Shown here: piece by piece, positions 27,701-35,666 of the stretch
Numbering within the stretch: the stretch's first letter is position 1
How the letters are laid out: every line of letters starts with the position of its first letter
Source of the DNA: a virus
Strand: one strand, 5' to 3'
IMG/VR virus record: IMGVR_UViG_3300030202_003282
Coordinates: 1 to 64,000 of that record
DNA length: 64,000 nucleotides
The notes under the pieces: model-generated
What the model saw: the letters and a program-made list of their open reading frames with translations, nothing else
The model's database searches: none
Told to the model about the DNA's origin: nothing
Made by a program: the position numbers and the translations under genes

Positions 27701-28129
27701 GGTTCAATTAATATGATAAAAGAAACAGCTAATGAAATAATGAAAAAATATAAATTAAAACCTGAACAACTTATATTTGGATATCATGATGTAGGAAGTT
27801 TTAGTGCAAGACCTCAAGCTAAAAATGGTAAATTAAACTTTAATCAATGGAGTGGATTTAATCAAGCTAGCAATCCACACGTTGGTGGTGCATTAGCATT
27901 TCCTCTTGTTAGTGGAAATAATGTAGAGTTAAAATTTGGAGGTCAAATAAACAAAAATGAAGTTTATAAGAACTACATTAAAGGTAAATATGATAATACT
28001 GATAAGTTAGCTTTTGGTAAAGAGGTTTATGATAAACTTAATAGACTGCATTATAAAGATGCTAAAAAATTAGGAATGCATATTCCTAATTATGTAATGA
28101 CGCACGTTGTTGGAAAAGGTAATAAGTAA
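21773..28129 (+). CDS. Polyvalent putative ejected protein (2118 aa): TM region, ART-like, ParB-like, lytic transglycosylase (SLT), LysM
   Basis: SLT motifs KESTFNPDAVSSAGYKGMSQL / AYNWG / ETKDYI; LysM VSQGE...IASKFGITIQELLDANPGI; ParB-like PIIL...IISGNTR; R...SWS...EKE ART-like pattern; TAATG coupling to the muzzle gene. Confidence 0.8.
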   Translation: MGKRIGLKGGPNYMVKDQQGQWKYPGQNTRIEGNDVTMKGVPYPVWAQPNVGPPTLMNPGKDYYFPNADYVDEFPIPSYQTKGEVNNEPTRVETGTYNYNFDKSPAEMEAEFFANVNSYDDQGNPLDKSGNPITHSNSQYLRYIAAQNLKDKNTQATQDKESYVQEKRFQEAAPNWMADKGINPNTGKPYTVEEFRALNESGQLRNYIIGDNGERIFVGNNLDEVEIEHVTKETQKERDRKQNSFNWLERKEKDGFFEDKYKAWNTLSNSTKETLIEFHNPYSGFYGNSARHNQNPIYKQAILKGVNGEDYMDNYGQQITDAIVKPGMAVAALPLIASTLPYVGAVGSELYGGVVSPLLNTKIAGDITVGGAMDAYGLYHGATHLPGDVQKMYNDPSWGNALDIGIDALGIGAGAYTTGKQIIPSIKKGYNTVATGNSPLPIAWKSGLNEGNINAAYQGSKNFDALKGANLTDDEAAIVRQYLHSPQKMSEIDRAAFNKIVQDNKLTDQMINSPVSRIQNYHIPGDDVPTSWGSKFNFDRPVSWSVGSKWDGAGYNGVGNQRIVIPEKYANQLGSEFFKVPISENKNLQHLIENTNVGSFKDPRFQKVNRLLDEKELIGNPNFKVIGTDNTGHFNDIIVKPIKTNKTKTNWTKPTKDYLKKEYDIEIRKKGLTDLISEEEFITQGLNAPVQSINNTSSIRNRTFNKTREEIINQSQNYKSWPEFRNEGTIDDIYTGFKKGNPMKPIILMDQGTDGTRIISGNTRLNVAEQLNKSPFAITLKGNKPKGVSDLITDKSDEFGDIVEVLTADGSKKLMSKKDALKFSRIEDANLNQNLINKSNEYEMGNWFNIGLDDASSQMYYLRNTKDALKGPGNSLTPEANRRLISGFIDPADAEMLNVANSTERAKTLSGGIDNTPLSNEYIFPPTLVEKMRKGVGSGYTTTTGDFKTILKNLSDFENLKNGGQLPKAQNGKEPIRVKDALDPRYIEYMDRLALSKKFTGDEGFVKDPNSNFFIKNDIKYEITDQAGIDEAIEYSKNQPQWWFDEAAHKKDKAAGNAKSLNDYVQDKGSQYAHFGRNRYGYSDKIHPSIKPTDTTLYRAVEPNEMYVYKTTKGKNKKDFTTMQWPNHHVYKYAAPEREVIIDPEYIPEGYSYKVDNSRDGDVNDYFKENKRITREDWIKATEYNPAKHKQIQREEERRVEIPEFVYGGQLPKAQDGKFIKNASEILSKAVPPAPATTKAMEEMKLIQRMIEQRDNTIPQEMLVRQAFKESTFNPDAVSSAGYKGMSQLGDAVISDYKNATGATEIDPFDPEDAAKVQKWYMDNLYNSSFVNKPNQSAVVRKAKAFGAYNWGRGNMADFLNEQKEKGVDIYSDDMKWLESLPTETKDYINKIVLENNEKFEKEYLDSKHDSINKTYYNSLFEFPKRQFGGEEKSDSVYVSQGEIGPRIASKFGITIQELLDANPGINPMMIAKGTSINIPGMGSSIQQPIVEEVVTPVAQPVVTPSVQPAAPVVTPVVTPPVQQTVQKPIVKSKPQPVVNTQNKITSVNTPIEPVITQQQNKPVNPKAIIKAGTIGPVETNEIETNEATSVIKGGLTAGSGKLLPEIDFTQYEYKAFPSSTGVVAASAPTELYNPFASVYDSNPVTGDNTTVFINDSLTLGEQHNAYNPNKLESDHKKEQGWFEKMGHWYDDKMDNLHRGWVQHMDGDVYNTEEVNVNIDLEEEPEGFGVLKSSTNKGGVDGISGAAASTVSAAIEETKPTTTVDNIKPVFKNLGTVNDSKGKLMMFQNSFNAKKGFNYVPIMNYGKSTNSTQYDNVKGIAHFLLDSDLTDGYKHEYASNMIKNQLDGISVAPGSTVKDGYYPIYEKLDNGQVNIKYLKKDEIKDYTSIASPLRQYRWSDLDWEGKTTAQGFKTTVSSIPTVKSYTANGKKSNSTHLIFPTSKDRGGKGAYGRFGGTGVIFFIEKPNGQREAIEMAGSINMIKETANEIMKKYKLKPEQLIFGYHDVGSFSARPQAKNGKLNFNQWSGFNQASNPHVGGALAFPLVSGNNVELKFGGQINKNEVYKNYIKGKYDNTDKLAFGKEVYDKLNRLHYKDAKKLGMHIPNYVMTHVVGKGNK
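24659..25423 (+). repeat. Direct repeat pair encoding GGQLPKAQxG (24659-24688 and 25394-25423)
   Basis: Identical 17-mer GGACAATTACCAAAAGC in both copies, 735 nt (245 codons) apart. Confidence 0.85.
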
Positions 28130-28153
28130 TAATTTAGGCAATCTGCATAAATA

Positions 28154-28166
28154 TTTGTATATTAAT
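28154..28166 (+). promoter_or_regulatory. TTTGTATATT promoter-like motif
   Basis: TTTGTATATTAAT in the 45-nt gap before ATG 28175. Confidence 0.5.
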
Positions 28167-28174
28167 ATAGTATA

Positions 28175-31100
28175 ATGGATACAATGGAAACTAAAAAATA
28201 TCAACAGGGAGGAGAAGCAAATATGCCTTCTTCAACAGAATTGCAACAAGAAATTTCAAAGCAATTAAAAGAAGGTGTTAAACCTATTGAAATAATTGCT
28301 GCATTATTACAAGCTCAAATTCCAGAACAAGAAATAGTAATTGCTTTTGAACGTTTAGGAATACCTGAAAATCAGACAGTTAATATGATTGGTGAAGTTT
28401 CTGCTCAATCAGAAAGCCAACCATCTCCAGAAGAAATGTCTATGATGGAGCAACAACAAATGCCCATTGATCCAAATAGCATGCCTGAAGGAATGATGCC
28501 TCCACAAGCACCAATGGCAGAACAAGAAGCACCAGCAACTCCAGAACAAATAGCTCAATTAGAACAACAATTACCTCAAGCACAATTTGGTGTTGAAAAT
28601 TTTAACATCCCTGGAGTAAATACAACTGGCAATGAATGGATGGGTCAAGGTCATCATTTTAGTAGACCAAAAAATCAATCTAATAATTTTGGTTATGCAG
28701 GGCGTGTAGATTCAGAAGGAAATCCAAGAGAACTTTTAAGTCAAGATATTATTGATAGATTTCAATCTAATAGACAAGAAACTGATCCATATGTAGTTCC
28801 TGAATATGAAACAATTAGAGAACTTCCAGAATTTGGCATAAAAGATAAACTTAAAAATTTTATAGGTAATTTATCTAATAAAAGATCTAATAAAAAAAAT
28901 AAAAATTATGCTCCTCCTATGTTTAGAAGCTATGCTGCTTATGGTGGAGATACTGAATTTATACCTAAAGCACAAAACGGAAATTTTATTCCTCCGCATC
29001 AAAGAGGTATTGGACAAGGTGGTGGTTCATTGTATTTACCAGATTATGGTACAGATCAACAAACTGAAAGTGACATTTTAAATTTACCTAAAATGCCAAG
29101 ACCATTGTATAATAATGTAATGATGCATCAAAATCCATTGGCTAATCTTGTTACATCTATAGCTGATTTTGGACAAACCATGTTTAGCAAAGAAGATAAT
29201 GACGGTGATGGTCATTCTGACGGCATTTTTAGAAGAGATACAAAAGAACAAAAAAGTGCTCCAGGTTATAGAACACGAAAACAAGAATGGAGAGATAATA
29301 AAGGAGCTTACCAAAAACATAGAATAAATGCAGGATTAAATGCAGATGGAACTCCAAGAAGTGAAGCTGACTTTAAAGAGAATTATGTATTTGATCAAAC
29401 AAATAGAGAGGTTCTTAGTAAAGACCAAATGAAACAAAGATTTATTGATAATTCAAGTGTATCTTTTGATGAGAAAAAAGGTAGATATAAGCTATATGCT
29501 GCTGACAACAAAAAAGATCATAGAAGAAATATTAGAAAGCAAGATGCAACAGATTTTCAAGAGTTTAGTCAAAGAATAAAAGATAATCCTGATCAAGCAA
29601 ATATGCTTTATGATTATTATGGTCAAACAGAAAAACAAACTGGAATACCAAAAGGAACAACATTTGGTGTAGATGAAGATGGATATGGTACATCTTATGC
29701 ACCAAATACAGTTAATCCAGATTTTTATGAAACAGCAATGTATGAAAATCTCCTTAAAAAATCACATGGAGGTGAAAATCTTATGGATCATGATTCTATG
29801 CAAAAAGATTTACAAAAAGCAGGTCCTGAATTTTTACAAGCGTTTATGCAAGTTGTTGATCAAGGTATGCCTATGCAACCACAAGTAATGTCTGAGAATC
29901 AAGGTATGCCATCATACCAATACAGAGGTGAAATAAATCTTAATTTACCAAAACTTACTAATGCAGAAAAAATAGGATTGGGAACAGGAGCATTATTAGG
30001 ATTTGGTTCAAGCTTTATAAATCCTAAGTCTAGTATAAGCAAAAATGCTAATGTTAAAAATACTGCACAACAAATGTGTACAGATAATACATGTCCTGCT
30101 GGTTCAAATGATTGGAAAGATTATACTAACCGTGCAAATATGCAATTAGGATATGGAGAAGATCCAAATAGACCTGGTTATTTTAGCACAGATGAATATG
30201 CTACAGGAAATGTAGGAAAGGCTGCTTTAAACACCTTTGGTAGAACTGCATTAGGTGCAGGAACGGGATGGTTAGCAGGATATGGTAGTCAATGGTTAGG
30301 AAATAAAATAGCTCCAAGAGTATTTGGAAAACCGGGACCACTTTTTAGACAAGATGGTGGAGGATTACCTTCATTTCAATCTCAGGGTGAAGTTTTAGAT
30401 GAGTTGGAAATAGTAGCAGAAGGAGAACCTAGAATACAACCAAGACCGCAAAAACTAGTTGAAATTAACTCACCATTTCCCGAACTTAGATTGCCTGACT
30501 CAGATCAATCTATATTTAACCCAAATAACCCTAGTAGTATTTTTTATAATCCTGCAAGTGAAGAAGAAATAGAAGAAACAGCAACTGAAAATTCAATGAT
30601 TGGACCAACAAATAATAATGTTGGACCTATTAATAATAGCAATTTAACAAATGATTCAACTCAACTTACTGCTAATATTTTAGATAATCAATCTAATCCA
30701 AACACTAATTTTAATCAAGTTGCTAATATGGGCAATAAACAAAATAGTAGAAATAATGTATTGAGTATGCCTCCACTTGAAGATGATGATTTACCTATAA
30801 GCACAATTGATTATGATGGAGATGGCGTAAATGATTTATACCCAAAAGCTCCAATAGCAAATGACCCTCCTGGAGATGATCCAGAAGAAGATTTATCTGT
30901 AGATCCATTTGTAGAAAAATCAACTTATGGTGATAGTCCTGGACAAAAAGTAAGAAATTGGACAAACCGTCAACTTGATAGACCCGGTGTACAAAAGTTT
31001 GGTAAATTTTCTGAAGGTGTTGTTAATGTTGCAGATGCAGGTACAGATTTTATAAGATATGGTAAATTTCTTAATGAAAAGAATGATAAAATGCGTACAC

Positions 31101-31321
31101 AAGCTGATAAAACATATGGAATGGTTGCAGCTTCAGATAGAGGAGATCAAGATGAAAACACTGGATATTTTATTGATAATAAAGTAGTTCAAATGGGTGG
31201 AGATCCATTTAATAATTTACAACAAATGCTACCCCCTACCCCAACCACAGGAGAAGCAGATGTAAATTATAATACATTATTAAAACTAATAGCAGCAGGT
31301 GCTGACATTGAAATTTTATAG
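28175..31321 (+). CDS. Putative ejected/cargo protein (1048 aa), low complexity with Gly-zipper hydrophobic segments
   Basis: Q/M/P-rich and N-rich tracts; IGLGTGALLGFG and ALGAGTGWLAGYG segments; xxGG linkers. Confidence 0.65.
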   Translation: MDTMETKKYQQGGEANMPSSTELQQEISKQLKEGVKPIEIIAALLQAQIPEQEIVIAFERLGIPENQTVNMIGEVSAQSESQPSPEEMSMMEQQQMPIDPNSMPEGMMPPQAPMAEQEAPATPEQIAQLEQQLPQAQFGVENFNIPGVNTTGNEWMGQGHHFSRPKNQSNNFGYAGRVDSEGNPRELLSQDIIDRFQSNRQETDPYVVPEYETIRELPEFGIKDKLKNFIGNLSNKRSNKKNKNYAPPMFRSYAAYGGDTEFIPKAQNGNFIPPHQRGIGQGGGSLYLPDYGTDQQTESDILNLPKMPRPLYNNVMMHQNPLANLVTSIADFGQTMFSKEDNDGDGHSDGIFRRDTKEQKSAPGYRTRKQEWRDNKGAYQKHRINAGLNADGTPRSEADFKENYVFDQTNREVLSKDQMKQRFIDNSSVSFDEKKGRYKLYAADNKKDHRRNIRKQDATDFQEFSQRIKDNPDQANMLYDYYGQTEKQTGIPKGTTFGVDEDGYGTSYAPNTVNPDFYETAMYENLLKKSHGGENLMDHDSMQKDLQKAGPEFLQAFMQVVDQGMPMQPQVMSENQGMPSYQYRGEINLNLPKLTNAEKIGLGTGALLGFGSSFINPKSSISKNANVKNTAQQMCTDNTCPAGSNDWKDYTNRANMQLGYGEDPNRPGYFSTDEYATGNVGKAALNTFGRTALGAGTGWLAGYGSQWLGNKIAPRVFGKPGPLFRQDGGGLPSFQSQGEVLDELEIVAEGEPRIQPRPQKLVEINSPFPELRLPDSDQSIFNPNNPSSIFYNPASEEEIEETATENSMIGPTNNNVGPINNSNLTNDSTQLTANILDNQSNPNTNFNQVANMGNKQNSRNNVLSMPPLEDDDLPISTIDYDGDGVNDLYPKAPIANDPPGDDPEEDLSVDPFVEKSTYGDSPGQKVRNWTNRQLDRPGVQKFGKFSEGVVNVADAGTDFIRYGKFLNEKNDKMRTQADKTYGMVAASDRGDQDENTGYFIDNKVVQMGGDPFNNLQQMLPPTPTTGEADVNYNTLLKLIAAGADIEIL

Positions 31322-31323
31322 AT

Positions 31324-34300
31324 ATGGCAAAAATTAAAATAAATAACTTACCTGAAGGTTTTATATTAGAAAACGGTAAAGTAGTAGAACAAAAAAAAGA
31401 CGGTGGAAGTTTAACTACTGGAGATCAATTTGATTGGGGTCTTGTTACAGTTCCTACTAATGCTGCGTATGGTGTAGAAATGAATGATTCTGATTCAACT
31501 GATGTAAGATATAGTTTATCATCTGTTCCTAAAGATGAAGCTAATATAGAAGCTGAAGGTGGTGAAACTGTTTTAACTGATTTGAATAATGATGGTATGT
31601 TTGGTCTATATGATATTGTAGGACCTAGACATGGTAGTGGTGGAGTACCAATGTTTTTACCAGAACAATCTTTTGTATTTTCAGATACAAGTAAGATGAA
31701 ATTTAATAAATCAGAAATGTCTGAGTTTGGTATTGACTCTAAAAAGAAACAAACGCCTGCAAAAATATCTAAGAAATTTGAATTAAATAAATATTATAAA
31801 GATGTTGTAGATCCTTATACAGATAGTATTGGCTTACGTAGTGCAGAATTAATGTTAGATAAAAATAAAAGAAGCTTATCTAAACTTGCATTTGGACAAG
31901 AAGCTAAAAAAGATTGGGAAGATGGAGTTCCTTTAGCTGCTCATCCTTATATAGTAGAGCAGGGAATGGATCCTATAGAATTTACTGCTAAAGTAGAAGA
32001 GTTGAGTATGCAACAAGCTCAAAATAGAGTATTACAACAATTACCTCCAGAACAAAGAGAACAAGTTGCAATGATTGAACAAATGTTGCAACAACAAGCA
32101 ATGCAACAACAAGCTGCAACTAATCAAGATCCTTCACAACAACCTGAACAAATGGGAATGCCACCTATGGAAGGAATGCAGGAAATGGCTCCTATGCCAC
32201 AAGAAGAAATGCCTCCGCAGCAAATGATGCCACCTATGGATCAAGGAGCTATGCCTCCTCCAATGCCAATGGCTCAATATGGATATGAACTACCTGAATT
32301 TCAACTTAGGGGGGAAATGGCTGGTCCTTTAGCTACTGAACAACCTATACCTTCAGCAGAAGGAATTGATTTAATAGATAATATACAACCATATATTGAT
32401 GGGGCAGCATCAATGGGATTAACTGCAATAGTAGTAGATGCAAGAGGTCAACAAATAGATCCAAACAATGCAGGAGATGGAATGTATGAAATTAAATTTG
32501 TAGATCAATATGGAAATGCTCAACAGTTTGGAAATCAACCGCCTATGTTATTTGGAATCCAACAAGGACAAATGATGATGAGTGATCCTTCTTTAAGACA
32601 AGCTACTTCTAATGATATAGCTGGTATGATACAAAGTAATGTATTTAGTCAAGAAGATTTAGCGGATATACAAAATACAATGGAAATTCAAGATAGCGTA
32701 GATCCAATGGAACAACCTATTATTGAAAATTTAGATCCAGTTGCTCAAACTGAAGGTGCTCCATTAATGTCAGCAATTAATCCAGTTTCAGGTGAAGAAA
32801 TGCAATTATCACAAAATTTAATGAATCTTGCAGATACGGATGTAAATGTAGATCCATTAACTGCTCAAATTTTAGATCAAACTGATATTACTACTGAAGA
32901 AACAATAGAGACAGTTGAAGAACCAGAATCAGATGCATATTCTAATTCTGCAGTATCAGATGTACAAAGAACAAATCTTAATAATGCTGTTAAGTTGGAT
33001 AACTTTGCAGAGGTACAAAAAGTATTAGAAGCAAATATAGGAAAAGTAGGAGATGATGGTAAAGCTGCAGGAACACCACAAGCTGCAGGAACATTTGCAT
33101 TATTTGATGGAGAAGGTGAGTTAGAAGGTCAAGAACCTATGAGAAGTGGTTATCCAAAAGTGGGAGTACAATCTTTATTTCCTGAATTAAAAACCAATCC
33201 AAATTTAATGGGTACTGCTAATGGGGAATTAATGAGAATGTTTAATGTAAACAGTCGTTTTGATCCTAGAGTAGCTGCTGGTATTGCACAAGGTTTAATA
33301 CCTTCTGAAGATAGAAAAAAATATTGGTTAGATAAAACTGATCCAGATTATTTAGATATTAATGATGTAAAAGGAATTAATCTAGCTGAAATTGATCCAG
33401 GTAGATTATTAGAAGAAGTTACTGATATTTATAAAGGTACGTACAGTGATGCATATCCAATTGATTCAGCTACTGGTATGTCAACAAACTATCCTGTATG
33501 GCAAGAAAGAATTAAATTTTTATCAGAAAGACATGGGTTAGATTATCCTGAAGGATTTACAGAAAAAGGGGATTTTAGAACGCAAACTATAAGAGAAGTA
33601 GATGATCAAGGAAATGTTACATTTAGTTCAACTAAACCAAAAAATACATCAGATAAAGTCTTTACATATGATAAAGGATCTGTTAGTAAATATGACGCAT
33701 ATGATCCTGATGAATATAATGGTGCACAAATTATTACTAATTTAGATAATCAAGAATTAATTGAAGAAGAAAACATTGAAAGTGCAGATGATGTTATTTC
33801 TAAAATAGAAGAGACAACTGAAGAGCTTAAAGAAGAAACAGATCCTGAAGTTAAACAAAAATTATGGGAAGAGCTTAATAATTATAAAAAGCTTGAAAAA
33901 GTATTTGCTAGTGAAAATAAACAATGGACTAACTATTTAGATAAAGCATATGCCGGATATAAATATATAATAGGTAGTGAAGACTTAAATCCAAAAAGTG
34001 CTGAACTAACAAATCCTGAAGATTTTCAAAAAAATGTATTGATGGGTAATGCCATTAATTTATCATTAAAAGATTTAAAAAATCAAGATAGTGATTTAGG
34101 AAGAAAAGTTAAAGCTGCTTTAGAAAATCCATCTGATGCTAAGTATTGGCAAAATCTTCTTGAAGATCCTGATATTCAAAAATATTTAGAAGAAGAAACC
34201 GGTGTAAATGGAGCAGAAGCACTAGCTTGGGCAAGCAATAAAGACAATGTAATGCAATTCCAAGCAGGAATGCAGGGATTCAGAAAAGCTGATGCTGAAG

Positions 34301-35604
34301 ATGAAACTGGAATGGAATTTTTAGGCAGTGAGTTTGCTGGTACCCAAGGAGGCAATGAAAAAGTTTATGATTCAGATTCATATCATCCATCTAAAATAGA
34401 TGGTATTGTAGGAGATCATACAGCAACTAGCGTATTGTTGGCTAATCAATTACCTGAAGAACCAGAACCAGAAATAGAAATAGAGCCGTGTGGAGCATGT
34501 CCTGATGGAACTGTTCCTGAAAGATTGGATGATGGTACTTGCCCTTGTGAAGAACCAACACCAGAAAAGAAAAAGAAAAAAGGATGTCCATGTAGTGATG
34601 GATCAGTATCTTATTTATGTTGTGCAAAAGCACCGGAAGCAAGATGGGAACCTTGGTTACAAGATGAAATACTTCTCAATACAAATCCTAGAAGGGATAT
34701 GTTTATGCCTTGGCAACCTGATCCTGAAAGAATAGATTTAGATTATGTTTTAGATGATCCAACAACACAAATTGCAGCAAACAATGCAGCAAAAGCTATA
34801 AGTGATCAAGCAGCAGGAGCATTTGGTGGCCGTCAAGGATTGGCAGCATTTACTGGTAAATCAGCTGGAGAAGCAATGGATGGTAATGCTAAAGCTTTAC
34901 AAAGGGTACAAACAAATAATGTAAATATTAAAAATAAATATTTTAGAGATCAAGCTCAATTAGATGCAGGTATTAATTTAGAGAGAAGAAACAGAAATGT
35001 AAAATATGTTGATGATGTTAACAGAACTCTTCAAAATTATCAGAATGAAAGAAATGCAGATGATTGGAACTATGCTCAAAAATTAGCTAACTATTACACA
35101 AATGCTGGTAAAACACAAGCAAGAAATAGTCAAGAACCTTATTTTCACATGATGCCTGGAGAAGGTGGTACAGTTAGGCAAGTAGGATACCGTAGTATGA
35201 CTGGAGATAAACCTACATCTGATAAAGGTGCATGGCAAGAAAATTATAAAACTGCTTATGCAGATTTACAACAAATAGCTGGACCTGATGGTAAAGTAAC
35301 TAATAAAATGATTACTGATTACATGAGAGGAGCACCTGCACCAACTAAAGCAAATACAAATAATCAAGGTTATCCAGGTAATAATAATTATTATAATTAT
35401 AATACTCATCCTAATATGATGTATAGTGGATATGGACCTACAGGATTTAATCAAGGATATCCAGGAGGGATGCCTGGTGGAAATATTAGAGGGCAAAGAC
35501 AACCAATATATAATAATGCAGGTCAAATAGTTGGTTATGCAAAAAAAGGAAAAGAGTTAAAAAAGTGGGCTAGACCTTTTTATACAGGAAAAATGGGAGT
35601 ATAA
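31324..35604 (+). CDS. crAss-like cargo protein (1426 aa)
   Basis: ANIEAEGGETV...GPRHGSGGVP...FVFSD...TPAKISKK N-terminal domain typical of the cargo gene upstream of the Crassvirales virion RNAP. Confidence 0.7.
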   Translation: MAKIKINNLPEGFILENGKVVEQKKDGGSLTTGDQFDWGLVTVPTNAAYGVEMNDSDSTDVRYSLSSVPKDEANIEAEGGETVLTDLNNDGMFGLYDIVGPRHGSGGVPMFLPEQSFVFSDTSKMKFNKSEMSEFGIDSKKKQTPAKISKKFELNKYYKDVVDPYTDSIGLRSAELMLDKNKRSLSKLAFGQEAKKDWEDGVPLAAHPYIVEQGMDPIEFTAKVEELSMQQAQNRVLQQLPPEQREQVAMIEQMLQQQAMQQQAATNQDPSQQPEQMGMPPMEGMQEMAPMPQEEMPPQQMMPPMDQGAMPPPMPMAQYGYELPEFQLRGEMAGPLATEQPIPSAEGIDLIDNIQPYIDGAASMGLTAIVVDARGQQIDPNNAGDGMYEIKFVDQYGNAQQFGNQPPMLFGIQQGQMMMSDPSLRQATSNDIAGMIQSNVFSQEDLADIQNTMEIQDSVDPMEQPIIENLDPVAQTEGAPLMSAINPVSGEEMQLSQNLMNLADTDVNVDPLTAQILDQTDITTEETIETVEEPESDAYSNSAVSDVQRTNLNNAVKLDNFAEVQKVLEANIGKVGDDGKAAGTPQAAGTFALFDGEGELEGQEPMRSGYPKVGVQSLFPELKTNPNLMGTANGELMRMFNVNSRFDPRVAAGIAQGLIPSEDRKKYWLDKTDPDYLDINDVKGINLAEIDPGRLLEEVTDIYKGTYSDAYPIDSATGMSTNYPVWQERIKFLSERHGLDYPEGFTEKGDFRTQTIREVDDQGNVTFSSTKPKNTSDKVFTYDKGSVSKYDAYDPDEYNGAQIITNLDNQELIEEENIESADDVISKIEETTEELKEETDPEVKQKLWEELNNYKKLEKVFASENKQWTNYLDKAYAGYKYIIGSEDLNPKSAELTNPEDFQKNVLMGNAINLSLKDLKNQDSDLGRKVKAALENPSDAKYWQNLLEDPDIQKYLEEETGVNGAEALAWASNKDNVMQFQAGMQGFRKADAEDETGMEFLGSEFAGTQGGNEKVYDSDSYHPSKIDGIVGDHTATSVLLANQLPEEPEPEIEIEPCGACPDGTVPERLDDGTCPCEEPTPEKKKKKGCPCSDGSVSYLCCAKAPEARWEPWLQDEILLNTNPRRDMFMPWQPDPERIDLDYVLDDPTTQIAANNAAKAISDQAAGAFGGRQGLAAFTGKSAGEAMDGNAKALQRVQTNNVNIKNKYFRDQAQLDAGINLERRNRNVKYVDDVNRTLQNYQNERNADDWNYAQKLANYYTNAGKTQARNSQEPYFHMMPGEGGTVRQVGYRSMTGDKPTSDKGAWQENYKTAYADLQQIAGPDGKVTNKMITDYMRGAPAPTKANTNNQGYPGNNNYYNYNTHPNMMYSGYGPTGFNQGYPGGMPGGNIRGQRQPIYNNAGQIVGYAKKGKELKKWARPFYTGKMGV

Positions 35605-35666
35605 TAAACTTTAAAAGTGTGAAAAGAAAAGCAAGCAAACTTAAAAAATTTTAGTAATTTAGTATT

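Noticed and set aside
29197-30835. DNDGDG / DYDGDG motifs as evidence of an EF-hand or integrin-like Ca-binding repeat protein
   Set aside because: Only two isolated copies far apart in a low-complexity protein; insufficient to call a domain
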